A DNA stretch of 32,000 nt from contig NC_015722.1 in the NCBI RefSeq assembly GCF_000219355.1, positions 120,001 to 152,000 on the forward strand, given 5' to 3'. Source of the DNA: Candidatus Midichloria mitochondrii IricVA. Lineage in GTDB: Bacteria; Pseudomonadota; Alphaproteobacteria; Rickettsiales; Midichloriaceae. The position numbers and the translations under genes were made by a program. Position 1 is the first letter of the stretch. The number at the start of each line of letters is the position of its first letter. A model generated the notes under the pieces. That model ran no database searches. It saw only the letters and a program-made list of their open reading frames with translations, and had not been told where the DNA came from. Shown here piece after piece: positions 16,219-26,722 of the stretch.

Positions 16219-17790
16219 ATGCGTTTTTCTAAGTTCAAAGCCGTAACCATCTTGTTGATTTGTGGTACAAGTATTTATCTGTCACTACCAAGTTTTTTTA
16301 ATAATGCCTTGTTATTCGTACCTAGTTATTTAAGGGCGGCTCCAGTCAATCTGGGATTAGATTTGAAAGGTGGGGCATCAATTTTACTGGAAGTCGAGGT
16401 AGAGGAGTACTTGAGAAATTACTCACAACAAAATTTAGATCAAGTGTTATCGGGATTTAGAGCAAACGGTATTCCCTATATTAAAGCAAAAACAAATATA
16501 GAAGGATTTGATATAGAGGCAACTTCGCTTGCTAACCAAAAAATGCTTAGTGTAATAAGAAAATTAATTGGTAACCGCTTTGAGTATATAGAAGACGATA
16601 ATACTCTTAGAATCCGTTTTGATAGTTCAGTAATAGAAGAGATAAAAAAATCTCTTATGCAACAAAGTATTGAAATTATTAGACGCAGGATTGACGAGTC
16701 TGGAACAAAAGAAATAGACCTGCAGCGTCAAAGCGATAATTACATATTGCTGCAAGTGCCTGGTTCCGATAATCCTGGCGAAATCAAGAGGCTTCTTGGT
16801 AAAACTGCAAAACTATCTTTGCACATAGTAGCAGATGGGGTGACGATTGATAATCTCGCTAAAAGCCCTATACGCTCTAATTTAAAAGTTTTAGAAATTG
16901 GAGATAATAATCAAAAACATAAGGTCGTTTTATATTATAGGCCAATTATAACAGGTGATATGCTTGTTGATGCACAGGTTTCATTTAACCAAGATATACC
17001 TGTTGTTTCTTTCAAACTTAATAATGTTGGAGCCAAAATTTTTGGGGATGTGTCGTCAAAAAATATAGGTAAAGCAATTGCTATTGTTTTGGATGATAAA
17101 GTTCTCAGTATTCCAGTGATTAGAGAGCCTATTTTAGGTGGTAGCGGGATTATTTCTGGTAATTTTTCCGTAGCTTCAGCTAATGAATTAGCATTACTAC
17201 TTCGGGCGGGCGCCCTGCCAGCGCCGCTAAAAGTTGTGGAAGAAAGAGCGATAGGACCTAGTCTTGGTATTGACTCGATAAGAGCTGGAACTAACGCTAT
17301 GATCATAGGCATTTCTTTAGTTGCTTTATTTATGATAGTTTTTTATGGCTTTTTTGGTCTTGTGGCTAACTTCGCTTTGATTATTAATACCTTTATGATT
17401 ATAGCGTGTATGGCAGTAATCGGAGCAACTTTAACACTTCCAGGAATCGCAGGTATTGTTTTAACATTAGGTATGGCTGTTGATGCAAATGTTTTAATTT
17501 GTGAACGTATTAGAGAAGAGTTGCGTAATGGCAAGTCAAATCTAGCCGCTATTGAAAGTGGGTATAAAATCGCGTTCTCCACTATATTGGATGCGAATAT
17601 CACTACCATAATAGCTGCAATCATTCTTTACATTATGGGCTCGGGTTCTATAAAGAGTTTTGCAGTCAGCCTTACTGTAGGAATTACTTGCTCTATGTTC
17701 ACTGCTATTTCCTTAACAAAAATTATTATAGCTTTTTGGCACAGAATTACAAAGACAAAGCGGGTTTGTACACAAAATATTAGTACATGA
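16219..17790 (+). CDS. secD: Protein translocase subunit SecD
   Basis: 523 aa. It has an N-terminal TM helix, LGLDLKGG, a large periplasmic domain, and C-terminal TM helices with LTLPGIAGIVLTLGMAVDANVLICERIREE. Confidence 0.9.
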   Translation: MRFSKFKAVTILLICGTSIYLSLPSFFNNALLFVPSYLRAAPVNLGLDLKGGASILLEVEVEEYLRNYSQQNLDQVLSGFRANGIPYIKAKTNIEGFDIEATSLANQKMLSVIRKLIGNRFEYIEDDNTLRIRFDSSVIEEIKKSLMQQSIEIIRRRIDESGTKEIDLQRQSDNYILLQVPGSDNPGEIKRLLGKTAKLSLHIVADGVTIDNLAKSPIRSNLKVLEIGDNNQKHKVVLYYRPIITGDMLVDAQVSFNQDIPVVSFKLNNVGAKIFGDVSSKNIGKAIAIVLDDKVLSIPVIREPILGGSGIISGNFSVASANELALLLRAGALPAPLKVVEERAIGPSLGIDSIRAGTNAMIIGISLVALFMIVFYGFFGLVANFALIINTFMIIACMAVIGATLTLPGIAGIVLTLGMAVDANVLICERIREELRNGKSNLAAIESGYKIAFSTILDANITTIIAAIILYIMGSGSIKSFAVSLTVGITCSMFTAISLTKIIIAFWHRITKTKRVCTQNIST

Positions 17791-17890
17791 ATAAAAATTA
17801 TTTTTCTTAATAAATGAATTAACGGGGGTATCAGTTTGATGTAGCGTAAGAAAACCCCAAATTCTAAACATTTCATAATTGCACTACTGT

Positions 17891-18597
17891 GGTTTTGTTT
17901 TTCATGTTTTTCTTAAGCCGTGTGATGAGCTCAATACCTTGATTGCTCAGTGTTTTTGCTTATATACCACCGATCTCCGAATAGAAGGCCTGTCAAATAT
18001 TGAGTCAGTTTCTCGACAGCGGCTCGATCATCTGTATTACCCGAAGTCAGTGTGAATGACATAATCTCTCCTTGATCATTGAGGCCAAAGAACCATCCGG
18101 GTCGACGTTTTCCCACGCTGAGCGACGCCTTTAAGGACCTTATTACGGCTAGTACGTGAGTTATGACAAACCTTTTCCAGCTTTTTGTTGAGTCAACGTA
18201 CCTGTTTGTTTCCCTTTGCAGCAATTCAGCAGAATGACCAACGGGGTGACCGCGTCTCGCATCAGCTCAACAAAGCGATTGTAGCTGATAAGCTTCGGCA
18301 ACTCCTCTCTGAAAGAGATTTGAACACAGTTTAGGTAAAAATCTTTGAATCCGGTAATGCCCTCAAATGAAACAAAACGAGGATCGTTACAACTTCGGAA
18401 AGCATCATCCCAGACTCTCGTTCCCTTTGTCTCTGCGAGTTTCTTAAGGATCTTTGGTACGTGAGTTGTCGCTTGCAAAAATCATCAATCAAACAAAATA
18501 TTTCTACTAGGGAAACCACTTTCCTTATTTATCGTGAAATTGAGAAAAACCTAATGGTTATACAGCTTCTTTAAAACTTATCTCAAACTGGGGTTAA
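17891..18597 (-). mobile_element. IS982-family 5' portion (left terminal repeat at 18597), frameshifted and truncated at 17891
   Basis: It covers track ORFs 18331..18519, 18161..18478 and 17931..18224, which carry the same transposase text as 2964..3717. It runs through the internal site ..TATAAGCAAAAACACTGAGC.. and stops after ..NMKNKT. Confidence 0.85.
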
Positions 18598-18891
18598 CAA
18601 AAACACTGAGCAATCAAGGTATTGAGCTCATCACACGGCTTAAGAAAAACATGAAAAACAAAACCAGCTTGCGGCTTTTAAACAACTGCTTCTTGCAGGG
18701 CGTAGATTGATTGAAACAGCCATCGGAGAATTGAAAGAGATTTGCCAAATCCAGCACACCACGGCATCGCTCGCCAAACAATTTCTTGGCAGACCTCTTT
18801 CTCAGGGCTCTTGGCTTATGTCTTCAAACCCAATATATCTCGTGGAAAAAATAGGCTCACGGGCATACTCCTTACGTCAAACTGAGGTTAA
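18598..18891 (+). mobile_element. IS982-family 3' fragment in the opposite orientation, joined directly to the left end of the neighbouring copy
   Basis: It starts at AAAAACACTGAGCAATCAAGG and ends with the right terminal repeat ..ACGTCAAACTGAGGTTAA. The junction GGTTAAC|AAAAACACTGAGC is the same as the one at 12990/12991 (reverse complement). Confidence 0.85.
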
Positions 18892-18900
18892 TTAAACAGG

Positions 18901-19842
18901 ATGAATACAAAAAGGAGTATACTGCATTATGCACTGCACGGCGGTAATTTTGATATCATTGAGCTATCAATTAAATAATTAAAAAAAGGAGACAGATCTG
19001 AACGTAGCAGATATTTATGGTAAAACTCCCTTTCATTATTTAAACGCAGAGCAGTATTTGCGAGATACCTCATTCAATCCATCATATTATCTAGGTAGAT
19101 TAGACTTTTGACGCAGCGCGATAACGAAGGTCAAACGTTTTTCGAGCGTTTAATGACTGCAAAAATATACAATAAAGATTATATAAGCCACTTTATTGGT
19201 TATGCTAAAGCTCAACCTGATATGCAAAAAGCGTTACGGGGTGTATGTAAGAGAACTGATTTAAAGTGGTAACAATTTAATGCACCGCCTTTTGTTGTTT
19301 GACAATGATCGATTTATCCACGTATTAGATATCATGACCGGCAAAAAGTAGCGGCGCACTATTTTAGAGGAAAAAAATCAAAAAGGAGAGATGCCCATTA
19401 AACAAATTATTTCAAGAGACAAAAGTTCAATAAATGCTCTCTATAGTAAGATAAGCACCGATGGTATTCCATATTTAATAAGTAATCCCTGATAAGAAAG
19501 ATATAGTAAGCGATCAATTTATTGACAAAGTTTATTGAATACAGCCCTTATCCAGCGGATATTAAGTTATTATATAACATTGAATTAGGTAATAAGTCTC
19601 CAAGCTCTTGGCAATCAAGGACAAAAGGAGAAATGACTTACTTGGATGATATACTATTGTTGCTAGCTGTCGGATGGCAAGATCCGCATCAGGTTAAGAG
19701 AGGCTTGACCGAAGAGCAGTTTTTAGCGGAAAAATTAAGGTCTGATGAAGAAAAGAATAATATAATAGAAAAGTTTATTGATTCAGCCATCATGCAAAGT
19801 AGGCAAAGTTCAGGCCGCAAGTTGTGGGGCAATGCCTGGTAA
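18901..19842 (+). pseudogene. Ankyrin-repeat protein pseudogene, bounded at the 5' end by an IS982 end and capped at the 3' end by the IS1-like terminal repeat
   Basis: Ankyrin-like fragments occur in shifting frames with stops: SILHYALHGGNFDIIELSIK, DLNVADIYGKTPFHYLNAEQ, RDNEGQTFFERLM, SGNNLMHRLLLFDNDRFIHVLD and EEKNQKGEMPIKQII. The last open piece is track ORF 19522..19842, whose final codons (GNAW*) lie in the IS repeat. Confidence 0.6.
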
Positions 19843-20630
19843 TTATAGACGGCAACAAGATGATATGATATCTTCATAGTAGAATAGGTGGAGTAGAAAT
19901 GGACAATCAAGTGTAAATATTGTGGCTCTCGAGCAGGTGAAGAATGGCGTGGTAGGGACAGCAGAGGTAGATTGCAAGAATTGCAAAAAGAATTACCGAG
20001 AGAAGGTGATAAGCCGCAGAAATACACGATGAATGATAGACTTAAAACTTAACCTTGAGGACTGTGGGATTAGGACGATAGAGAGACTGACTGGAATCCA
20101 TAACAGCCAAATATCTTCATGGATCGAAGGACGGGGGGCGCTATGTGCAAGAAAAGTTAGATAAGAGCTGCAACAGCACAAAGTCACTTAAGGATATCGA
20201 GGTCCTAGAGATTGACGAGCTGTGCACATATATAAAAAAAGACCAAAGAATGGAAGTGGGGTACACCTTTATATTGATTACTGTTGATAGAGGAGCGGGT
20301 GAAATTATTGATTTTGAAGTAGGTGACGGGAGCAAGGCAACCCACCTGAACCTGTCATTTAGGCTTTGAGGAACGTTATAAATGAGCATGTACAGATGAT
20401 TACAGCGTTTACGAATACTATAAAATCTCCACGCACCGTCACAAAACAAAGGCTGAGACCCCATTGGTAGAATCAAAGAATTCTTTAATTAAGGCATTAT
20501 CTAGCTAGTTTTAATCGAAGAACGAAGTGCTACAGCAAATTCCTGAGGATGCTTTGCACTGCTCTTACCCTCTTCTTCCATAGGCATTTGCTGGATTTGA
20601 AACTCCTATCTATAAATATTAGGCAATGCC
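19828..20630 (+). mobile_element. IS1-family element (copy C), about full length (803 bp) with both terminal repeats but a disrupted transposase
   Basis: The left end is GGCAATGCCTGGTAATTATAGA. The right end is TCTATAAATATTAGGCAATGCC. Translation shows a broken InsA zinc-finger, then LEIDELCTYIKKDQ..ITVDRGAGEIIDFEVGDGSKAT, and C-terminal InsB-like text. Stops and frameshifts occur throughout. Confidence 0.85.
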
Positions 20631-20692
20631 GCTTTGCACACACATGCAGAAATCGACTTAAGATTAATCTACTGGTATACATACAAAGTTCT

Positions 20693-21595
20693 TTATAGAT
20701 TATTTAAATTAACATTCATTTGTCTTGCAAGATGACGAGGAGTATCGCCTAGGTTGTTCGGTAAATTTAAATTTGCCTCCGCTTTTATAAGTAAGGGCAA
20801 GATTGTATGGTTATGGTTTTTCAATGCGCTATGTAAAGGCGAATCTCCCATTATATCTTGAGTATTTACTAGTACATTTGATTCTAAAAGAGCGATTAAA
20901 GACTTTTTGCTTCCATTAATTGCCGCCCTATGTAAAGGTGTCCAACCCATTGAATCTTTTTTATTAGTATCTGCGTTATTGCGCACTAAAGCTTTTACGG
21001 TCTCTGGATGATTATTTTGCGAAGCGGTATGTAAAGGAGTTTCCTGCAAAGAATAATCTTGGCAATTAATATTCATTTTAAAATTTGAACATACATATTC
21101 TATCATTTCTACTCGATCATAAAATGCCATATAATGTAATAGATAAGCGCCTAAAAACGGTTTAGTATGCACAAACCTTTTGATATCAGCTCCATTCAAA
21201 ATAGCCTTAATGAAATTCTCCCTATCCCCAGCAATAATTGAACTAAAAAGAAGCTGGCTGCTCTCTTCCCTAGTAAAGAAAAGTTGCATTTGAGAATTTG
21301 AATTTAATATACATATTTCTCTAGGAGTTAGTTTTTTTTTGTTTTTAACCTGCAAAGCAAACCCTACTCGCACTAGAAAACTAGCTAGCTCGATATTAGA
21401 ATTATAAGCAGCTATATGTAACAAAGTATTTCCTTCTTCATCACAAGCAACATTTAATCCCAACAAATCTAAAATTCTTGAGACATTTTCGATGTCCCCT
21501 TTCTTAGCAAACGCAAAACAATCATAGCTCATCTGCCTAATCATTACATTAACGTCTGATGAAGAAATAATTGGACTCTTGCTTTTTATATACAC
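20693..21595 (-). CDS. Ankyrin-repeat protein (candidate secreted effector)
   Basis: 300-aa ORF with repeated ANK units: GNTLLHIAAYNSNIELASFLV, ETPLHTASQNNHPETVKALVRNNADTN, GWTPLHRAAINGSKKSLIALLESNVLVN, GDSPLHSALKNHNHTILPLLIKAEANLN and GDTPRHLA. The start is uncertain (GTG at 21595 or an internal ATG). Confidence 0.9.
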   Translation of the reverse strand: MYIKSKSPIISSSDVNVMIRQMSYDCFAFAKKGDIENVSRILDLLGLNVACDEEGNTLLHIAAYNSNIELASFLVRVGFALQVKNKKKLTPREICILNSNSQMQLFFTREESSQLLFSSIIAGDRENFIKAILNGADIKRFVHTKPFLGAYLLHYMAFYDRVEMIEYVCSNFKMNINCQDYSLQETPLHTASQNNHPETVKALVRNNADTNKKDSMGWTPLHRAAINGSKKSLIALLESNVLVNTQDIMGDSPLHSALKNHNHTILPLLIKAEANLNLPNNLGDTPRHLARQMNVNLNNL

Positions 21596-21762
21596 TAAGT
21601 AAATAAAATTTTGGTTAACACGGTGTATGACTATACCATTTATTGGAGTATAAGACTACCCATGAATGCATAATTATTTGTAACAATTTGCAATAATATG
21701 TGTTTTGTTTAAGTGCAACGTATATGCTATGTTGCACCTATAAGATGTTTTTAAATATTGAT

Positions 21763-22617
21763 ATGAACCTTCAAAAAACTTTAGCTAATAAAGTTAAGTG
21801 TAGCGGTATAGGAGTGCACTCAGGGATTCTAGTTAATATGCTAATCTGCCCGGCAGAAGCAAATCACGGTATTGTATTTGTCAGATCTGACCTAAGAGAA
21901 AATAATAAGATACCAGCCTTATTTGACAGAGTGATTGACACTTCTATGTGTACTAAAATTGCCAACGAATATGGAGCAAGTGTTAGCACTATAGAACATT
22001 TGATGTCAGCCCTGTGGGGTTCTGGAATTGATAATGCAATAATATATGTAGATGGTGCAGAAGTCCCGGTAATGGATGGTAGCTCCGATTGTTTTATTAA
22101 TCTTATAAAACAATCAGGTATTGTGAGCCAGTCTGAACAACGAAAGTTCATCGAAATTTCAAAAAGCGTCAAAATAGAAATGAATGATAAATCAATTGTT
22201 GCTGAACCTGACGATTCATTTTCTGTAAACTTCATAATAGATTTCGATAATCAATACATCCAAGCTCAATCCTATAATTTTAATGCTAATGATGACTTCG
22301 AGTCAGAAATTGGTAAAGCTAGAACTTTTGGATTTATTAAGGATGTGGAATACTTAAAAAGTATTGGCTTGGCCAAAGGCGCTTCCCTCGATAATGCGAT
22401 CGCCATAGGCGAAGATGGTATATTAAACAAAGAAGGATTGCGTTACAAAAATGAGTTTGTTCGCCATAAGATACTAGACTGTATTGGCGATCTATATCTA
22501 GCAGGGGCTAGAATTAAAGGTAAGATAAAAGCGGTTAAGTCAGGACATCAACTAAATAATCTTTTACTACACAAAATTTTTGAAACTAAAAGCGCTTCTA
22601 TTTCTTCAGCTGCATAA
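21763..22617 (+). CDS. lpxC: UDP-3-O-acyl-N-acetylglucosamine deacetylase LpxC
   Basis: Motifs are GIGVHSG, TIEHLMSALWG, FVRHKILDCIGDLYLAG and SGHQLNNLLL. I place the start at the ATG at 21763 (MNLQKTL) rather than the track's upstream 21700. Confidence 0.9.
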   Translation: MNLQKTLANKVKCSGIGVHSGILVNMLICPAEANHGIVFVRSDLRENNKIPALFDRVIDTSMCTKIANEYGASVSTIEHLMSALWGSGIDNAIIYVDGAEVPVMDGSSDCFINLIKQSGIVSQSEQRKFIEISKSVKIEMNDKSIVAEPDDSFSVNFIIDFDNQYIQAQSYNFNANDDFESEIGKARTFGFIKDVEYLKSIGLAKGASLDNAIAIGEDGILNKEGLRYKNEFVRHKILDCIGDLYLAGARIKGKIKAVKSGHQLNNLLLHKIFETKSASISSAA

Positions 22618-22690
22618 CTTATTTCTATTGTAAAAAAAATCAATTTGTGCTATCATCTCTTTCAGTTAGAGCGATTTTTTTATTTGAAAT

Positions 22691-23746
22691 TTGGAACAGT
22701 TATTGTGGTTTATTGTAGTTATTTCTATAGTAGTTTTTGTGCATGAATTTGGGCATTTTTATTTCGCTAGACACTATGGCATTGAAGTTCAGAAGTTTTC
22801 GTTGGGTTTCGGGCCAGCCTTGTTTAAATATAGAGATAAGAAAGACACTGAATGGATTTTATCAGCAATTCCTCTAGGAGGATACGTAAGGCTTTATGGC
22901 GATGATGTCGACCCAAGCTTTGTTGACCCAGAAAAGATACGTAATATGAGTAAAGAAGAAAAAAACAAATCTTTCTATTGCAAATCTTTAAAGCAACAGG
23001 CTTTAGTGGTCTTTGCAGGGCCCTTAGCTAATTATGTCTTATCTTTCCTATGCTTTGCTGTAGTCTTTATGATGATTGGCGTACCAACATTAGATTTAAA
23101 GATCAATTCAGTACAAGAGCATTCAGTAGCCTCTGCCATGGGCTTAAAACAGAATGATAGAATAATAGAGATAAACAATCAAAAAATCACCAATGGCGAA
23201 GAATTTAAGCGGGTTTTGAATTCTGGAGAAGAAGAAGTCTGCTTAAAATTTTTAAGGGATAACCAAGAATTTTCCACACAATTTAAATTACCATTTGAAA
23301 AAAACCGTACTCGGATTTTAGGAGTCATTTTTGAAACCAAAATTGAAAATGCGACTATTGTAAAAGCGCTAGCTAATAGTGCTAAGCATATATATTTCAT
23401 GTCAAAAGCGATGCTTGTGGGAATTTTTGATATGGTAAGAGGAGAGAGTGGACTAGAAAATATTGGTGGTCCCATTAAAATTGCCGAATATTCTTCTAAA
23501 GCTGCTTCTCAAAGTTTTGTTTCCTTCATTTGGTTTATTGCATTGATTTCGTTAAACCTGGGTCTCGTTAATCTGTTACCTATACCTATGCTAGATGGCG
23601 GCAGATTGCTTTTTTATTTTATAGAAGCAATTAATGGAAAACCCCTGAATAAAAATACTAAAATTGTTACTTTCAGGATAGGATTCATTATTTTAACAAC
23701 GCTAATGTTGGTAGCGATTTCTAATGATGTTATAAGTCTGTTATAA
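22691..23746 (+). CDS. rseP: RIP metalloprotease RseP (site-2 protease, M50 family)
   Basis: 351 aa with a TTG start. It has HEFGHF at the N-terminus, a central PDZ-like region, and LVNLLPIPMLDGG. Confidence 0.9.
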   Translation: MEQLLWFIVVISIVVFVHEFGHFYFARHYGIEVQKFSLGFGPALFKYRDKKDTEWILSAIPLGGYVRLYGDDVDPSFVDPEKIRNMSKEEKNKSFYCKSLKQQALVVFAGPLANYVLSFLCFAVVFMMIGVPTLDLKINSVQEHSVASAMGLKQNDRIIEINNQKITNGEEFKRVLNSGEEEVCLKFLRDNQEFSTQFKLPFEKNRTRILGVIFETKIENATIVKALANSAKHIYFMSKAMLVGIFDMVRGESGLENIGGPIKIAEYSSKAASQSFVSFIWFIALISLNLGLVNLLPIPMLDGGRLLFYFIEAINGKPLNKNTKIVTFRIGFIILTTLMLVAISNDVISLL

Positions 23747-23768
23747 GTTTATTGTGTAAAAAGGGAAG

Positions 23769-26040
23769 ATGAATTTTTTAAAAGCGCTTTGTTTAAAGTT
23801 AATTATTTTGATTATATTTAATACTGTTTCTGCTAATAGTTATGGTGGGGAAATTATAGTAAAAGGTAACACTCGGATACCTAAAGAGACTGTAATAACT
23901 TATTCAGGTATCACTAATACTGCTGATGCAACCTCCAATCAAATAGAGGCTGCTATAAAAAGTTTGTATACGACATCGTTTTTTTCTGATGTCAGAATAG
24001 AAAAAAAGGGGGCTAACATAATAGTAACAGTTGAAGAAAATCCCTTAATACGCAAAATTGCCTTCGAAGGAAATAAAGCGATTAGCGATGATTCTCTAAA
24101 GAAAGTAACCAAACTTCAACCTAAAGCTATTTATCTTCCGTCTCAGATCCATTTAGACAGTAAAGCAATAGAAACTGCTTACAACAAACAAGGCTATTAT
24201 GAGGTTTTCGTTGAGCCCAAAATTATTAAGCTACCAGAAAATAAGGTTGATTTGGTATATGAAATTAAGCAAGGTCAGAAGGCTAAAATTAAAAGAATAA
24301 ATTTTGTTGGAAACGAAAATTTTACTACTGAAGAACTAAAAGAGCATATCTTGTCCAAGGAATACGCTTTTTATAGATTTTTTTCCTCTGCAGATATGCA
24401 TGACCCCGATAAATTGCATATGGATCAAGAGTTACTCAAGCGCTTTTACCAATGCAATGGTTATTTCGATTTCGAAATCAAAAATACGACCGCAGAGCTT
24501 GCACCTTCTCGAGATGGTTTTATAATAACCTTCCTAATTGAAGAAGGAAAAAAATATAAGGTACAGGATTTTTCTGTCCTTACAAATGTTAAAGGGTTGC
24601 CTAAGGATAAGCTCTTAGAAAAAATTAGCTTAACGAAAAATGCTACACTTAATTTGCAAGATATAGAAGCATCTGAAGAAGCGATGACCAAATATTTAGG
24701 CGCTAATGGCTATGCCTTTTCTGAGGTGACCCATGATGTGATTAAAAATTCAGAAACTGGTTATGCTATAGTACGTTTTATGATAAGGGAAGGAATGAAA
24801 TTTTATATAAATAAAATTAATATAAACGATAATAACCGAACGATGGATAAGGTAATCAGAAGAAAAATGAAAATAGAAGAAGGGGATTACTACAGCAATA
24901 CGTTAATAGAAAAATCAAAGATGGAAATTATTAACTTAGGCTATTTCAGTTCAGTTGATTTTAAAAACAAACGTACCGCCTTCCCTGATAAAGTCGATAT
25001 TGATATTAATGTTAAAGAAACGAGTACAGGGTCAATGAATTTTTTAATAGGTTATAATGACCAAACAGGATTTATGGGATCTGTATCCGTAGCCGAGAAT
25101 AACTTTCTAGGAAAAGGCCAAGCTGTTGAATTGGTTTTAAGTAAGGCTTCACAAGCAGAACAGGCAATTTTTAGTTTTACAGAATCAGGCTTTTTCAATC
25201 AACCAATAGATTCTGGATTTGATCTATATACAGGCAAGGTGATTGATAAGTACTCAAAATATTCTCATCAAGAAACAAGTGGAGGCTTGCGTATGCAATA
25301 TGAGCTTTTACATGGCTTGTACCATGGCTTACGGTACAATTTAAAACGCTTTGATATATCGCAATCTGGCGGCTCAAAATCCTTAACAGTCCAGGATTTC
25401 AGTGGAATTGCATATAACTCTTCTCTTGGACAAACTTTTTCTTGGGGCACGCTTGATAGCAGAATAAGACCTACTAAAGGCGTAAGATTTACATTAATGC
25501 AAGACTTAGCAGGACTTGGCGGCGATACTCATTACATTAAACACCAAGTTATAGCTGATATGTTTTTCCCCTTTATAAAAAAGCATAGTGCTTAATTTGT
25601 CTGCCAGAGCTGCAGCCATTAGAGGACTGGGTAATAAAAGAGTTAGATTAATGGATAATTTATACTTAGAACAGGATTACCTACGAGGTTTTGGGCCTAA
25701 TGGCATCTCTCCAAGAGATAGAAAAACTGGTAACTCCATTGGTGCTAAAAACTATTGTTCTGGCACCGCGGAAATCTCTTTTCCATTAGGATTACCAGAA
25801 GAAATAGGGTTAAATGGTGTTGCCTTTATTGATGCTGCTTCTATGTTTGACTATGACCTTAATCCTGCAATTACTGATGCTAAAGTTGATCAAAGCTCCG
25901 ATATTAGATCAGCTTATGGAGTGGGTATAGTGTGGCGTTCACCTCTTGGAAAAATAAAATTGAATTATGGCATTCCAATAGCTAAAGAAAAATTTGACAA
26001 TCCTCAAAGAGTCACTCTTAGTATAGGTGGGATGTTTTAG
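23769..26040 (+). CDS. bamA: Outer membrane protein assembly factor BamA, interrupted by a one-base frameshift near 25577-25582
   Basis: The 608-aa part has a signal peptide, POTRA repeats and the start of the barrel. The 150-aa part continues with ..LNLSARAAAIRGLG..YLRGFGPNGISPRD.. and ends ..TLSIGGMF with a terminal aromatic residue. The frames join if the A6 run were A5 (..FIKSIVLNLS..). Confidence 0.9.
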
Positions 26041-26069
26041 TTTTATTAATAATTATATTTAGGTAAAAA

Positions 26070-26636
26070 ATGAAAAAATTGACGTTAATTATATCTGTGC
26101 TTTTATTGAGCAATCTTGCTATCTCCGCAAGAGCAGGAATAAAAATAGCAGTAGTAGATGGACAAAAGATCATCGAATCTTCTTTAGCTTACAAAGATAT
26201 TACTGGCCAGGTCGAAAAAAAGGCCACTCTATTTAAAAATAGCGCTGCAAAAATGCAAGAAAACCTTCAGAAAAAGTATAAGGAAATAGAATCACAGAAA
26301 TTAGTTTTATCGAGTGAAGCTTATGGAAAAAAGACTAAGGAGTTTGAATTAGAAGCTGAGAAAGCTCAAGAAAGCGCTTATATGGATAGGATGAGTTTGG
26401 ACAAAGCCTATTCAGAGGCAATGAAAGTGCTCGAAAAAAAGATCACCGATATTATTCAAGCAAAAGCTATGGAGAAAAAGTTAGATATGGTTATGGCTAA
26501 GATTCATATGATCTATAATAACAAAGAGTTAGAAATTACTGATTCTATTATAGAGGAATTAAATAAATCCTTGCCAGCGGTTGCTGTGAAATTTGACGCA
26601 ATTCCATCAAAAAATGATAAAGGTATTAAAAAGTAA
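26070..26636 (+). CDS. skp: OmpH/Skp-family periplasmic chaperone
   Basis: 188 aa. It has a signal peptide (..LAISARAG) and a K/E-rich coiled-coil body, and it sits immediately downstream of bamA as in the conserved rseP-bamA-skp cluster. Confidence 0.8.
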   Translation: MKKLTLIISVLLLSNLAISARAGIKIAVVDGQKIIESSLAYKDITGQVEKKATLFKNSAAKMQENLQKKYKEIESQKLVLSSEAYGKKTKEFELEAEKAQESAYMDRMSLDKAYSEAMKVLEKKITDIIQAKAMEKKLDMVMAKIHMIYNNKELEITDSIIEELNKSLPAVAVKFDAIPSKNDKGIKK

Positions 26637-26666
26637 TGGTAATTAAAAATAATTGATAATATTAAC

Positions 26667-26701
26667 AAGTAAGAGGGGTGGGGTTTACTCCTTTCTTACT
26701 T
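26667..26701 (+). terminator. Possible terminator hairpin after skp
   Basis: AAGTAAGAGGGG..CTCCTTTCTTACTT forms an outer 8-bp stem (AAGTAAGA/TCTTACTT) plus inner G:C/G:U pairs. The downstream T-run is weak. Confidence 0.35.
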
Positions 26702-26722
26702 TAAAACTGGGAGATTTTTAAA

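Noticed and set aside
17628-17876. The 82-aa minus-strand ORF overlapping the secD 3' end and the spacer before the IS982 remnant.
   Set aside because: It overlaps secD antisense for most of its length and has no family resemblance, so it is probably spurious.
25577-25583. A AAA AAG in bamA is the classic dnaX-type -1 programmed frameshift heptamer, and it is in the correct phase.
   Set aside because: The -1 frame reads GCA TAG and terminates immediately. The conserved C-terminal barrel lies in the +1 frame, so a -1 slip cannot produce full-length BamA. I also see no convincing downstream stimulatory hairpin.
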